Source: Candidatus Latescibacterota bacterium (GTDB taxonomy: Bacteria > Latescibacterota > UBA2968 > UBA8231). From it: 64,000 nucleotides of DNA. The stretch lies in the NCBI GenBank assembly GCA_965197905.1, contig CBDAOB010000005.1, positions 1,408,001 to 1,472,000 of the forward strand. The letters run 5' to 3'. Positions 10,077 through 20,950 of this stretch are shown here, in pieces (the first letter of the stretch is position 1; every line of letters begins with the position of its first letter). The translations under genes were made by a program, and so were the position numbers. The notes under the pieces were generated by a model. It saw only the letters and a program-made list of their open reading frames with translations. It was not told where the DNA came from and did no database searches.

Positions 10077-10952
10077 ATGGCCGACGTAACGTTTGTCAAC
10101 GGCGATTTCGTGGAACCCGGTGAAGCGGTGGTGTCCATCGAGGATCGGGGATTCCTCTTCGCCGACGGCGTCTACGAGGTCGTCGCCAGCTACGACGCAA
10201 AGCCGTTCGCGCTGGAGCAGCACCTGTGTCGACTTCAGCGCAGCCTCGACGAACTGGAGATTCGGCTGGACGTTGATGGATACGGGATCCGGGAGATCGT
10301 CGATCAGGCAATTCATAGAAGTTGCTCCGACGACAACCTGATCTACATCCAGATCACTCGCGGAGTCGCGCCGCGACGGCACGAGTTTCCTGATCCCTCA
10401 ACGAAACCAACGGTCGTCATCACCACCTCACCGCTTGAGCCGTTGCCCAACGAATGGCTGGTGGAGGGTGTGAAGTGCGTTACGGTGCCCAACCTGCGGT
10501 GGGGGCGCTGTAATATCAAGTCCGTCGCGCTCCTGCCCAACGTGCTGGCGCGGCACCAGGCGAGTGCAAGTGGGGCGTTCGAGGCCTTGCTGATCGACGC
10601 CGATCATCGGGTCCTCGAGGGGGCCGCGACATCCTCGTTCTGTGTCTGCGATGGGCTGGTTCGGACAACGCCGCTGGGTCCCGCGATCCTGCCCGGCATT
10701 ACGCGGGAGCTGATTCTGGAGTTCGCCGGCGAGATAGGGCTGAGGGTCAGCGAGGAAGACACCTATCTCGACGACTACATCAATGCTCAGGAGGTGTTCA
10801 TTGCCGGTACGAGCATCGATACCCTGGGCGTGGTCCAGCTGAACGAACACGTTATCGGATCGGGAAAGCCGGGTCCCATCACCTGCGAGCTGAGCGAGGC
10901 CCTGCTGCACATGCGCAGTGCGGCGACGGAAACCGGACTACCCCGTTCCTGA
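10077..10952 (+). CDS. Class IV PLP aminotransferase (D-amino acid aminotransferase-like)
   Basis: EDRGFLFADGVYE, QITRG, IKSVALL (PLP Lys), ILPGITR; start at ATG 10077. Confidence 0.88.
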   Translation: MADVTFVNGDFVEPGEAVVSIEDRGFLFADGVYEVVASYDAKPFALEQHLCRLQRSLDELEIRLDVDGYGIREIVDQAIHRSCSDDNLIYIQITRGVAPRRHEFPDPSTKPTVVITTSPLEPLPNEWLVEGVKCVTVPNLRWGRCNIKSVALLPNVLARHQASASGAFEALLIDADHRVLEGAATSSFCVCDGLVRTTPLGPAILPGITRELILEFAGEIGLRVSEEDTYLDDYINAQEVFIAGTSIDTLGVVQLNEHVIGSGKPGPITCELSEALLHMRSAATETGLPRS

Positions 10953-10956
10953 TCGG

Positions 10957-12366
10957 TCAGTGAATCACCACCATCTTCGTTTCGGTCATCTCTTCTACGG
11001 CGTATTTCGGTCCCTCCTTGCCCATGCCACTCTCCTTCAGACCGCCGTACGGCATGAAATCCGCCCGCCACATCGTTCCCCAGTTTATGTGGATGTTTCC
11101 GGAATTCACGCGTTGGGCAAACTGCATTGCCCAATCGATATTCTCTGTAAATATGGCCGCGCTCAGGCCGTAGTTCGTGTCGTTGGCATTGCCGATCGCT
11201 TCTTCGATCGAATCGAAACGGCTGACGCCAACCGCCGGTCCAAACACCTCGTTGCACGAAATCTGCATCTTCGGGTCTACGTCGGCGATCACGGTGGGAG
11301 CGTGCAGAGTGCCGGTCCTGTCGCCTCCGGTAAGCACTCTGGCGCCACTGCCTACCGCCTCCTGGATCCAATCGCTGACCCTGGCCGCGTCGGTCTCGCG
11401 GATCATCGGTCCCATGGTGACGCCTTCTTCCAACGGATTCCCCGTTGTCAACGCGTCCACTCTCGGTGTCAGGGCGTCTAGAAAGTCGCCGTAGACCTTC
11501 TCATTGACCATCACCCGCTGTGCTGAGATGCAGACCTGACCGGCGTTTGCAAAACCCGTGGTAGCCGTGGCTTCGGCCACCTTGTCGAGGTCGGCATCGG
11601 ACATCACGATCAGTGGCGCGTTGGAGCCCAGCTCCATGGTCACCTTTTTCAGGCCGGCCGTCCGGCAAATGTGTTCGCCCACGTCGCGGCTGCCGGTGAA
11701 GCTGATCTTGCGCACGCGGGGGTCACCGGAGATGGCGTCGCCGATTACTGCCCCCGAACCGGTGATGCACTGCAAAGCTTCCGGAGGCACGCCGGCTTCC
11801 AACAGGATTTCGGTCAGCTTGAGGGCTGAGAGTGGGGTGTCCGTGGCTGGTTTAACGATGACCGCGTTACCCGCGGCCAGTCCGGGACCGACCTTGTGAC
11901 AAACCAGATTCAAGGGAAAATTGAACGGCGTAATCGCCGCCACCACGCCGCAGGGAACCCGCAGGGTGAAACCGAATTTTCCCACCCCGTTGGAGGATGC
12001 GTCCAAGGGCAAGGTTTCGCCGGTGAGGCGCTTGGCTTCTTCAGCGGCCAGCGTCATCGTCTCAACCGCTCTCGACGCTTCGCCCAACCCTTCGGTCAGG
12101 GTCTTTCCCTCTTCCATGGTTACGGTCCGGCCCAGGTCATCGATGCGTTCCTGCATCAGGTCGGCGGCGCGGTGCAAGATCTGATAGCGCTCGAATGCGG
12201 GAATCCCGGCCATTATTTCGGCGCCGCGCACCGCGGATCCGATCGCTACATCGACGTCGGAGGTGTCGGCTGCGGGTACTGTGTCCACGACCGAGCCGTC
12301 GAACGGATTCAGTACGTCGATCTTCTTATCCCGATCAACCCATGAGCCATCCATGTGCATCTTCAT
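10957..12366 (-). CDS. NAD(P)-dependent aldehyde dehydrogenase
   Basis: ITPFNFP, FTGS, MELGSN, GQVCIS, EVFGP motifs. Confidence 0.95.
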   Translation of the reverse strand: MKMHMDGSWVDRDKKIDVLNPFDGSVVDTVPAADTSDVDVAIGSAVRGAEIMAGIPAFERYQILHRAADLMQERIDDLGRTVTMEEGKTLTEGLGEASRAVETMTLAAEEAKRLTGETLPLDASSNGVGKFGFTLRVPCGVVAAITPFNFPLNLVCHKVGPGLAAGNAVIVKPATDTPLSALKLTEILLEAGVPPEALQCITGSGAVIGDAISGDPRVRKISFTGSRDVGEHICRTAGLKKVTMELGSNAPLIVMSDADLDKVAEATATTGFANAGQVCISAQRVMVNEKVYGDFLDALTPRVDALTTGNPLEEGVTMGPMIRETDAARVSDWIQEAVGSGARVLTGGDRTGTLHAPTVIADVDPKMQISCNEVFGPAVGVSRFDSIEEAIGNANDTNYGLSAAIFTENIDWAMQFAQRVNSGNIHINWGTMWRADFMPYGGLKESGMGKEGPKYAVEEMTETKMVVIH

Positions 12367-12435
12367 GATTCAAGTCCTCTGTGTTGTATTGTTTGAGTGA
12401 GATCCAATGTGTTTTCTCGAGCTGCGGTTTCGGGT

Positions 12436-13323
12436 TCAAAGGCTCTTGGCGCAGCGTACCCCCTGATACTGGGTTTTGACTTCCGGCGCCCCGTATAATC
12501 GGGTAGCTATGCGGATGTGGTACTTGTTGGAACCGAAGGAGCCGCCTTTGATCACTTTGTTGTTCTTGCGACCGGCGTCCGGTCCCTGCGGGTCCTGCGC
12601 CTCCTCGGTATAACGATAATAGTTGATCGACCACCAGTCGTGGACCCACTCCTCGGCATTTCCAGCCAAATCCATGACCCCGAAGGGACTGACCCCATCC
12701 GGATACGATCCCACGGGGGCGCTGAACCGGTGTCTATCAGCCGCCGGTCCCGCCTTCGGGCTGTAGTTTGCCCACCAAATGCCCTCTGCGTTTGGATCCG
12801 CGTTGCCCCACGGGTATTTCCGATACCCTGGGCGGGGCCCCCGCGCGGCATACTCCCATTCCGCCTCCGTTGGCAGGCGTTTGCCGGCCCATCCGCAATA
12901 GGCATAAGCGTCGAACCAATTGAGACCCACCGCGGGTTGATCGTCGTCATCGAGGGTATCGTCGAGGTACTGTTGATGGTGACCGACGCCCTTTGGATGC
13001 TGCGCGTGATCGACCCCACCGGCGCCCTTCTTCTCGACGTACTCGAGGAAGTGCCCGTACTGACGATTCGTGACCTCGTGCGTGTCCATGTAAAAGGCGC
13101 TGATCTTGACCCGATGCCGCGGTCTTTCCGCCTCGTAGTTAAGATACCCGCGCGGCTGTCCTTTTAGATCATCCAACTCCCCGCCCATGATGAACTCACC
13201 TGCGGGGATCAGGACCATCTCCGCGCCATCGCTCGTCTTTATAGTGGGGTCCGGCTCCAAGCTGCAACCGGCGAACGTGAAAACTGATACGGCCAAAACC
13301 GCCAGAGACGTGCTACGGAACAT
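12436..13323 (-). CDS. FGE-sulfatase (SUMF1/EgtB/PvdO-fold) domain lipoprotein
   Basis: IPAGEFIMG, HEVTN, RLPTEAEWEYAARG, DLAGNAEEW, KGGSF; lipobox FAGC. Confidence 0.88.
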   Translation of the reverse strand: MFRSTSLAVLAVSVFTFAGCSLEPDPTIKTSDGAEMVLIPAGEFIMGGELDDLKGQPRGYLNYEAERPRHRVKISAFYMDTHEVTNRQYGHFLEYVEKKGAGGVDHAQHPKGVGHHQQYLDDTLDDDDQPAVGLNWFDAYAYCGWAGKRLPTEAEWEYAARGPRPGYRKYPWGNADPNAEGIWWANYSPKAGPAADRHRFSAPVGSYPDGVSPFGVMDLAGNAEEWVHDWWSINYYRYTEEAQDPQGPDAGRKNNKVIKGGSFGSNKYHIRIATRLYGAPEVKTQYQGVRCAKSL

Positions 13324-13404
13324 ACCGACTAACGCTCCTTTCTGTCGTTGCTGGGAATCCGTTCATCAAAAAACACTGAATATGAAGAAAAGTTCTATTC
13401 GTCA

Positions 13405-14868
13405 TCAGGACCGTGCGCCGCCGGACCATCCCAGCCGGTCACGGTACTCCAGCACTTCGCCTTCCGCGTCGGCTAGAGGTTTTGGGGGCGCATCGCGCCC
13501 CGTCAGTAGACTCACAACGATTAACGCGGCGGTTGCAACCGGCACCGCCATCAGGTCGCTTGGCAACTCCGGCATCCAGACGGCGAAAAGTTGCCAGGAC
13601 ACCAGTCCGGTTACCACCGCTGCGATTGCTCCCGGCCCGTTGCTGCGAGGCCACCAGATGCCGGCCGTTAACGGTACGAAAAGAGACGCCAGCAGTACCG
13701 ACCAGGAATCCACCATCAAATCGTACACGGAGGCCTTGTGCAGGGCAAGGACCAGGGCGCCGACGCCAAATACCAGGACGGAGATCCGGGTGACTCTCAG
13801 CGAGGTGATTTCGGTGGCGTCCGGCCGGAAGTACTTGAGCAGGTCCCAGCCCACGACGCTCGCCGGCGCCAACAGAGCGCTGTCGGCGCTGCTCAACAAG
13901 GCCGAAACCAGGGCCCCCATGAACAGGGTCAACGCGATATCGGGTAGATATTTCAGGGCCAGCTGCATCATCACCAGGTCCGGATCTCCCAGGTGGGGAA
14001 GGACCACGGCGCCCGCCATGCCCAACAATACCGGCAGGAGTCCCACGGTCACGTATAGGAGTCCGGCCAGGTAGGAGCTGCGATAGGCCACTTTCTCGTC
14101 GCGGCTGGACAGGCTGCGTTGGATCAGGTCTTGTCCCGCCAGATTGCCGAGCCCGATCACGAGCCAGTTGCGGGCGTATTCGAACCACTCTTTGCCGCTA
14201 CCGTCCTGTGGGTAGAGGTGGAATCTCTCCGCCGGGATCTGGGCGGCAATGCTGCTCCAACCCCCCATGTCCACCAGGAGCATTGGGGCGATGATCGCCA
14301 TGCCAGCAATAAGCACGATCAACTGCACGAAATCGGTCAATGTAACCGCCCACATGCCGCCAGCGTAGGTGTAGACGAGAACCACCAGTGCGGCAATAAC
14401 CATACCTGTCGTTGGATCCAGACCTGTGAGAGATTGCAGGATGCGCCCAAAGGCGAGCATCAGCGAGGCCACCCACCCTACGTAGGCGGGGATAGTACAG
14501 CAACTGGCCAGCAGTCCAGCCTGGCGGTTGAAACGGGTGGTGAAGAAGGAGGCCACCGTCATCAAGCCCATTCGCCGCAAGACGCGGACGTAGAAGAGGC
14601 CGGCCAGAAACAGGCAGAGGGCGGCGCCAAACGGATCTGCGATTACACCGAGGAATCCACCCTGGTAAGCAGCGCTTGCGGCTCCGATGCAAATGCCTCC
14701 CCCGAACCAGGTTGCGGCCAGAGTCGAGGTGCACAACAACAGCGACAACCGCTTTCCAGCAACGATGAAATCGACGGAACCAGACACTCGCCGGCCGGCG
14801 TACAGTCCCACCCCGATCATGATAAGCAGGTAAACGGCCAGACCAATGAGAACGACCGGGTGGGTCAA
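13405..14868 (-). CDS. Sodium:solute symporter (SSS family)
   Basis: DFIVAGKRL, GGMWAVTLTDFVQ, SALLSSADS motifs; about 13 TM helices. Confidence 0.9.
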   Translation of the reverse strand: MTHPVVLIGLAVYLLIMIGVGLYAGRRVSGSVDFIVAGKRLSLLLCTSTLAATWFGGGICIGAASAAYQGGFLGVIADPFGAALCLFLAGLFYVRVLRRMGLMTVASFFTTRFNRQAGLLASCCTIPAYVGWVASLMLAFGRILQSLTGLDPTTGMVIAALVVLVYTYAGGMWAVTLTDFVQLIVLIAGMAIIAPMLLVDMGGWSSIAAQIPAERFHLYPQDGSGKEWFEYARNWLVIGLGNLAGQDLIQRSLSSRDEKVAYRSSYLAGLLYVTVGLLPVLLGMAGAVVLPHLGDPDLVMMQLALKYLPDIALTLFMGALVSALLSSADSALLAPASVVGWDLLKYFRPDATEITSLRVTRISVLVFGVGALVLALHKASVYDLMVDSWSVLLASLFVPLTAGIWWPRSNGPGAIAAVVTGLVSWQLFAVWMPELPSDLMAVPVATAALIVVSLLTGRDAPPKPLADAEGEVLEYRDRLGWSGGARS

Positions 14869-15103
14869 CTGGCTGCCTCGCGAGATGCAAAAAGGGTGTT
14901 AGTGGCGTCTATAATAGAATATGGCGCACCTGCCTCGATTTCAAGCCGTGCGCTTCCGAGACGTGCGGTAACCTATTGTATTTCAGCTACTTTGTTCGCT
15001 ACATCTGCATTTGCCGAGAGGGGCAGGCCGATCTTCCCCGGGGGCCCCAAGCAACGTTGCTTGACGTCAGTATCTTGCCTCCGCAGGTTACTTCTACAGC
15101 GTC

Positions 15104-15424
15104 ATGGAAAAGGTGTTTAAAATCGAGACTACGGTCTCGCGCGATCTAGCCGAGCTCTACGAGTCGCTGATTACGGAGTTTGAGCGCAGAAGCAGCATGC
15201 CTTTGGCAGATATGAACAGGGCGGTGCTGCAGACCGGCATGATTCACCATTTGACTATGATGTGTGGATTAGGCTTGATCGAGAAAGACAAGGTGGAGGC
15301 CCTGGACAGCCTGGTGGATCAAGTCGCTCAGGACACCATTATGTGGGATCTCGTACAAATGGTGCGTAGTTTCTGGCGTGACTGCGGGGAAGGCACGACC
15401 GGCATCATCGACCTAAAGGCGTAG
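15104..15424 (+). CDS. Hypothetical protein
   Basis: 106-aa ORF with ATG start in an intergenic slot and globular composition. Confidence 0.6.
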   Translation: MEKVFKIETTVSRDLAELYESLITEFERRSSMPLADMNRAVLQTGMIHHLTMMCGLGLIEKDKVEALDSLVDQVAQDTIMWDLVQMVRSFWRDCGEGTTGIIDLKA

Positions 15425-15482
15425 TCAGAACGTTGAGCATATATGACTGTCGCAGAAAGAGTTATAGATATTCTTCAGCGGG

Positions 15483-15511
15483 TTGACAGCGGTGTTCTGC
15501 ACGAGTATATT
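15483..15511 (+). promoter_or_regulatory. Sigma-70 promoter for iscU-sodA-peroxiredoxin
   Basis: TTGACA (15483-88), 17-bp spacer, TATATT (15506-11). Confidence 0.65.
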
Positions 15512-15563
15512 CTTCTAATCTTCACATCTCCGGCAATTTTCCAGATCACCCAGACAGACCTCT

Positions 15564-15956
15564 TTGGCACCCAATCCCGATATCGTGCTGGATCACTACG
15601 AAAATCCGCGGAATGTCGGCGAAATGCGCGACGCGGATGCGGTCGGCATCGTAGAGAATGCAGCTTGTGGCGACGTAATGCAGCTGTATCTGAGCATCGA
15701 GTCGAAGACGGTGGTCCGGGCGACCTTCAAAGCGTATGGATGCGCTCCGGCAATCGCCGCCGGTTCGGTCCTGACCGAGCTCCTGACCGGAGTCGACGTC
15801 CAACGCGCAAGGGAGCTGGACAAGGAGGATGTGGCATCGGCTCTGGGGGGGTTACCGCCGATGAAACAGCACTGTTCAATACTTGCTGCCGACGCCCTCA
15901 ACGCGGCCTTTGGCAATTACGAAGCGAAACTGAGAGATAGCTCGACCACGACGTAA
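15564..15956 (+). CDS. iscU: IscU/NifU-like Fe-S cluster scaffold
   Basis: DHYENPRNVG, NAACGDVM, GCAPAIA, LPPMKQHCS motifs; TTG start. Confidence 0.88.
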   Translation: MAPNPDIVLDHYENPRNVGEMRDADAVGIVENAACGDVMQLYLSIESKTVVRATFKAYGCAPAIAAGSVLTELLTGVDVQRARELDKEDVASALGGLPPMKQHCSILAADALNAAFGNYEAKLRDSSTTT

Positions 15957-15980
15957 ACCAATATCCTGAAAGGAACTACC

Positions 15981-16589
15981 ATGGCTTTCTCACTACCCGA
16001 CCTGCCCTATGCCCACGATGCGCTGGAACCTCACATCGACGCGCGCACCATGGAAATCCACCATGGCAAGCACCACAATACCTATATAACCAACGTTAAT
16101 ACGGCGTTGGAGAGCCATGCCGATCTGGCTTCGAAGAGTGTCGAAGATTTGATCACTGACCTCGACGCCGTCCCGGAATCGATTCGCACGGCGGTGCGCA
16201 ACAACGGGGGCGGGCACGCCAACCACTCCCTCTTCTGGACCGTCATGAGCGGTTCCAGCGGAGCTCCCTCAGGCGATCTCGCCGGGGCGATCGACGGCGA
16301 CCTCGGTGGACTGGACAAGCTCAAGGAGAGTTTCGCGACTGCGGGTACGACCCGCTTCGGCAGTGGATGGGCCTGGCTTGTAGCCAAGAACGGCACGCTG
16401 AGCGTAATGAGCACTCCCAACCAGGACAATCCCTTGATGTCAGGGGATGGCACGCCGATCCTCGGGCTCGACGTGTGGGAACACGCCTACTACCTGAATT
16501 ATCAGAACCGACGCCCCGATTACATCGCAGCCTGGTGGAACGTAGTCAACTGGGACGAAGTTGCACGTCGCTTTGCGGCGGCGAAATAG
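15981..16589 (+). CDS. sodA: Mn/Fe superoxide dismutase (Mn-type signature)
   Basis: [32 protein letters not shown]. Confidence 0.95.
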   Translation: MAFSLPDLPYAHDALEPHIDARTMEIHHGKHHNTYITNVNTALESHADLASKSVEDLITDLDAVPESIRTAVRNNGGGHANHSLFWTVMSGSSGAPSGDLAGAIDGDLGGLDKLKESFATAGTTRFGSGWAWLVAKNGTLSVMSTPNQDNPLMSGDGTPILGLDVWEHAYYLNYQNRRPDYIAAWWNVVNWDEVARRFAAAK

Positions 16590-16602
16590 CGAGGAGGGGA
16601 TC

Positions 16603-17070
16603 ATGACCGTTGCGGTGGGTGATCGGGCACCGGATTTCACCCTGAAGAACGCTGATTTGGAAGAGGTTTCGCTGAGTTCGATGCGCGGGAAGAACGTTGT
16701 CGTCCTTTTTTTCCCGCTGGCATTTACCAGCGTGTGCACCGAAGAGTTTTGCGGCGTATCCACAGGCATCGACGACTACAAAGGGCTTGACGCGGAGGTC
16801 CTCGGTATCAGCGTTGACAGCCCCTTCAGCCTGCAGGCCTGGGCCGAGAAGGAAAGCATTACGATCCCTCTGCTCAGCGACTTCAACAAAGAGGTTTCGG
16901 ACGCGTACGGGTCGCAGTACGAAGACTTGCTCGGTTTTCGCGGCGTCGCCAAGCGGTCCGCATTTGTGGTGGACAAAGAGGGGGTTGTGCGTTTCGCCTC
17001 CGTATCGGACGACGCCAAAGTGATCCCCGACTTTGAGGCGATTAAAGGCTGTCTCGAGTCACTTAACTAA
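16603..17070 (+). CDS. Peroxiredoxin (AhpC/TSA family, AhpE-like)
   Basis: [31 protein letters not shown]; strong RBS GAGGAGG before ATG 16603. Confidence 0.9.
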   Translation: MTVAVGDRAPDFTLKNADLEEVSLSSMRGKNVVVLFFPLAFTSVCTEEFCGVSTGIDDYKGLDAEVLGISVDSPFSLQAWAEKESITIPLLSDFNKEVSDAYGSQYEDLLGFRGVAKRSAFVVDKEGVVRFASVSDDAKVIPDFEAIKGCLESLN

Positions 17071-17150
17071 CACCGAATTCGAAGCGGGTCGAGGGGGGTA
17101 AGCCGATAGCTTTCGCCCCTCGTTCTATTTCCGTCGACGGGCAAACAACC

Positions 17151-18524
17151 ATGTCTTCCGAACTTATATCTGAAGAGATCGGACACTCCATTCCGACCGA
17201 ATCATACGATTCACGCCACAAGGATCTCCGTGGCGACGAGTTCTGGCGCCTCGTCCCGGCTTACCGCGACTTGTCGTCGACCGAGTTTAACGATCATCGC
17301 TTCCAGAGTCGGAACGCTATCACCAGCACCGAAAAGTTGCGCGCCGTTCTCGGCACCCTCGTGCCCGATGCGTTTTTCGATGACATGGAAGAGGGCCAGA
17401 ATCGTTCCACCATGAGCATTAGACTGTCTCCCTACATCGTCAGTCTAATCGACTGGGCCGATCCGTACGGGGATCCCCTGCGGCGCCAGTTTTTGCCGTT
17501 GGCAAGCAGTGCACTGCCAGATCATCCGGAGCTCGATTTCGACGCCTTACACGAACAGGAAGATTCTCCGGTGCCGGGATTGACCCATCGCTACCGAGAC
17601 CGGGCCCTTTTCCTGGCCTTGGATACCTGCCCGGTCTACTGCCGGTTCTGTACTCGCTCGTATTCGGTGGGCCTCGATACGGACAAGGTCGACAAGGTCC
17701 ATTTCGGTGCCCAGGTGGAACGCTGGGAGCAGGTCTTTCGATATCTGGAGAATCGCCAGGAAATCGAGGACGTGGTCATAAGCGGCGGTGATGTCGCCAA
17801 CCTCCGCTCCGAACACATCGAGCTGATCGGCAACCGTCTCCTGGATATGGAGAACATTCGCCGCATGCGGTTTGCGACCAAAGCTCCGGCCATTTTGCCG
17901 CAAAAGTTGATCACCGACGATCCGTGGGTCGACGCACTTACGCGGGTGGTGGCGAGGGGGCGGCGGCTCGGCAAGGAGGTGGCGCTACACACCCACTTCA
18001 ATCACGCTGCCGAAATCACGGCGATAACGCACGCCGGAATGAGCAGGTTGGCGGAGCGCGGAATCACCGTGCGCAATCAGTCAGTCCTGCAGCGTGGCGT
18101 GAACGATTCGGCGGTCGCCATGCAGCTTCTCATAAGGCGCCTGTCGTTTATCAACGTGCAGCCGTACTACGTGTTTGTTCACGATATGGTCAAGGGCGTG
18201 GAAGACCTTCGCACAACACTGCAAGCCGCCTTGGATCTCGAAAAGGGCGTGCGGGGTGCAACGGCGGGTTTCAATACCCCGACTTTCGTGCTGGACACCA
18301 TGGGCGGCGGCGGCAAACGAGACGTCTACTCTTTCGAGAACTATGATCGTGAGCACGGTATTGCCATTTACACCAGCCCAGCCGTCCGTCCGGGCAAACG
18401 GTTCCTGTTTTTCGATCCGATTGATACCTTGAGCGAGTCGGCTCAACGTCGGTGGAGGGATAGCGCTCAGCGGATCGAAATGCTGGCAGCTGCGATCGGG
18501 GCCGCGGGCATCGCGGACCGCTAG
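17151..18524 (+). CDS. KamA-family radical SAM aminomutase (lysine 2,3-aminomutase-like)
   Basis: HRYRDRALF, CPVYCRFCTR, SGGD, HFNH, NQSVL, GGGGK. Confidence 0.88.
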   Translation: MSSELISEEIGHSIPTESYDSRHKDLRGDEFWRLVPAYRDLSSTEFNDHRFQSRNAITSTEKLRAVLGTLVPDAFFDDMEEGQNRSTMSIRLSPYIVSLIDWADPYGDPLRRQFLPLASSALPDHPELDFDALHEQEDSPVPGLTHRYRDRALFLALDTCPVYCRFCTRSYSVGLDTDKVDKVHFGAQVERWEQVFRYLENRQEIEDVVISGGDVANLRSEHIELIGNRLLDMENIRRMRFATKAPAILPQKLITDDPWVDALTRVVARGRRLGKEVALHTHFNHAAEITAITHAGMSRLAERGITVRNQSVLQRGVNDSAVAMQLLIRRLSFINVQPYYVFVHDMVKGVEDLRTTLQAALDLEKGVRGATAGFNTPTFVLDTMGGGGKRDVYSFENYDREHGIAIYTSPAVRPGKRFLFFDPIDTLSESAQRRWRDSAQRIEMLAAAIGAAGIADR

Positions 18525-18691
18525 TTGCCCGTCGCCAAAACGCGATGAATTTATGCGACAGGGCACTCGGGTCCGGTTGCCCATATTCTCCGCTATAGCT
18601 ACCGTTTAATGCTAGGAGTTCCCCGCACCAAACTGGCGACCTAAATCGCCTCTCCCTCCAACGGCATGTAAGCTTTTGAGAGGCTGTTACA

Positions 18692-20338
18692 ATGGAATAC
18701 AGCAATTTGGCCCTTGGCATCGGTGGCCTTTGCGTCCTCGCGGTAGGAATCGGTCTCGGTGTTCTAGTTACCTATTTGCTGAGGCGAAACAACATATCCC
18801 ACCTGGAAGAGGAGATTCAGCAGCGTATTGAGCGCGATCTGGCGGAGGAGGAACGTACTGAGCGACTCGACCTCCTACAGGAAAAGGACGACTGGTACAA
18901 GCTCAAGACGCAGCAGGAATCGGAGTTGGACGACCGGTTGAACGGCCTGAACCGGCGGGAGAAGGAACTGTCCCAAAAGGATCGGCAGGTGCACAACGAT
19001 CGGGACGAACTGCAGAAGGAGGCATCCGGCCTCGATAATCGCGAAAACCGATTTGCCAACAGGGAACGAGCCGTAAATCAGAAGGAAGAGGAGCTCAAGA
19101 AGTCGATCGACGAGTACCGCGAACGGCTGGAGCTGGTGACGAACCTGACCTCTGACGAGGCGAAGGAGCAGCTTATAGAACAGGTCGCCGGAGAGGTTCG
19201 GGCGCGTTCCGCGGCGATGATTCGCAGCGAGCGGGCGCGGGCCAACGAAGAGGCCGATCGTGAAGCTAAAAAGATCATCGCCCAGGCCATTCAACGGTGC
19301 GCCGTCGACGAGACGGTCCAGCTGTCGACCGCATCCGTCGCCTTACCCAACGAAGCGATAAAGAGCCGCATCATCGGCAAGGAAGGACGCAATGTAAGGG
19401 CGTTCGAAACCGCCACCGGTGTTAAGGTCGTGGTCGATGATACTCCTGACACCGTGCTGCTGTCCGCCTTCGATCCCGCCAAGCGCCAGGTAGGCGTGAC
19501 GGCTATGAAACGCCTGATCAGCGACGGCGGGTTCACGCCTGGGCATATTGAGCAGGTGGTTGCCGACTGTCAGAAGAAACTCGAAGAAGACATCGCTAAG
19601 GAAGGCAAGCGCGCTCTGGAAGAGATCAAGGCGTTCGACTATCACGCCGAGCTGCCCCACTACGTCGGCATGATGAAGTACCGTACGACGTATGGCCAGA
19701 ATCTGCTTCAACATTCGCTGGAGGTGGCAAAATTGGCCGCGGTTATGGCCGCGGAGCTCAAGCTGGATGTCAAGCTTGCGATGCGTGCCGGCCTGCTCCA
19801 CGATATCGGCAAAACCTTGAGCCGGGAGATGGAGGGTTCGCACATCGAGCTGGGAGTCGAACTGGGCGACCGCTTCAACGAGCACGCCGTGGTGCGTGAG
19901 GTCATTGCCGAGCACCACGAGCACCACGAGCGGCAGTCTTCCATCTGCTTTCTGGTGCGGGCGGCGGATACCGTGTCCTCCACCCGGCCCGGAGGTCGTC
20001 GAGAGGATTTGGAAGGATATGCCCAACGCATCATGCAGCTGGAAGAGATTGCCAACTCGTTTGAAGGCGTACGTGACGTTTACGCCATCAACGCGGGCCG
20101 CGAGATTCGCGTAATGGTTCGCGGCGACAGGATCGACGATGACGACGCTGAGATGCTGGCGTTCGAGATCGCCGAACGGGTCAAAAACGAGGTAACCTTT
20201 GCCGGCGAAGTGAAGGTGATGGTTGTCCGGGAGACCAGGGCGGTTCGCTACAGTGGCCGCGGTCGCGGTCGCAAGAATCAGAACTCAACCCGCCGATCCC
20301 GTCCGCGCCGGCCAAAGAATGCGGTTCCCGCGAGATGA
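18692..20338 (+). CDS. rny: Ribonuclease Y
   Basis: N-terminal TM, coiled coil, KH motif RIIGKEGRNVR, HD motif LLHDIGK, AINAGREIRV. Confidence 0.95.
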   Translation: MEYSNLALGIGGLCVLAVGIGLGVLVTYLLRRNNISHLEEEIQQRIERDLAEEERTERLDLLQEKDDWYKLKTQQESELDDRLNGLNRREKELSQKDRQVHNDRDELQKEASGLDNRENRFANRERAVNQKEEELKKSIDEYRERLELVTNLTSDEAKEQLIEQVAGEVRARSAAMIRSERARANEEADREAKKIIAQAIQRCAVDETVQLSTASVALPNEAIKSRIIGKEGRNVRAFETATGVKVVVDDTPDTVLLSAFDPAKRQVGVTAMKRLISDGGFTPGHIEQVVADCQKKLEEDIAKEGKRALEEIKAFDYHAELPHYVGMMKYRTTYGQNLLQHSLEVAKLAAVMAAELKLDVKLAMRAGLLHDIGKTLSREMEGSHIELGVELGDRFNEHAVVREVIAEHHEHHERQSSICFLVRAADTVSSTRPGGRREDLEGYAQRIMQLEEIANSFEGVRDVYAINAGREIRVMVRGDRIDDDDAEMLAFEIAERVKNEVTFAGEVKVMVVRETRAVRYSGRGRGRKNQNSTRRSRPRRPKNAVPAR

Positions 20339-20763
20339 AGGAACTTCGACATAAAAAAGGCTGGTCCGATCGATTCTACCTGGGACCATTGTTCCTCGCC
20401 CTGAAGCGCACCTTCGACAATCTCCTCCGTCTTGCTGGTGTGCAGCCCTCTGCCCAGGCAGGTCGGTTGGGCATTCCTAGGTTGACGAAGGACGACCAGG
20501 GTCGCATCAAATGTGTCGCCTGTTTCCTGTGTGTCGCGGCGTGCCCAGCAGGCTGCATCGCTATCGAGGCAACCGCGGCACCTTGGGAAAACCGGGAGAA
20601 GGTCCCCAGGCGTTTCGAACTCGATGCGGGACGCTGCATCCTCTGCGGATTGTGTGTGGACGCCTGCCCCGAAGATGCACTCGATCGGTCCGCCAGGTGG
20701 GCACCGGTGGCGCGCGATCGCGACGGACTCCGGCTGCAGATGGACGCACTGTTGTTACGCTGA
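20335..20763 (+). CDS. NuoI-like 2x[4Fe-4S] ferredoxin
   Basis: CVACFLCVAACP and CILCGLCVDACP; overlaps the rny stop (ATGA). Confidence 0.8.
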   Translation: MKELRHKKGWSDRFYLGPLFLALKRTFDNLLRLAGVQPSAQAGRLGIPRLTKDDQGRIKCVACFLCVAACPAGCIAIEATAAPWENREKVPRRFELDAGRCILCGLCVDACPEDALDRSARWAPVARDRDGLRLQMDALLLR

Positions 20764-20950
20764 ACCGGTCTAGTTTCGCGTAAATGCATTGCGTTTTCGG
20801 GTGCCGATCCATCCCGACCCGTGGCGTTGCCTTTGCTCGCCGTACTCGACCGGTACGGCTCGCTCAGGCGCCGGAATTCCATAAGCTATTTCCGCGACAG
20901 GCCACTGGCTTTCGCTTTAGATCCTCCCCAGCTGACCGTTTCTACCTGCC

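Noticed and set aside
18525..18691. 6S RNA or riboswitch upstream of rny
   Set aside because: Only short hairpins are visible; no recognisable conserved motif without a covariance search.
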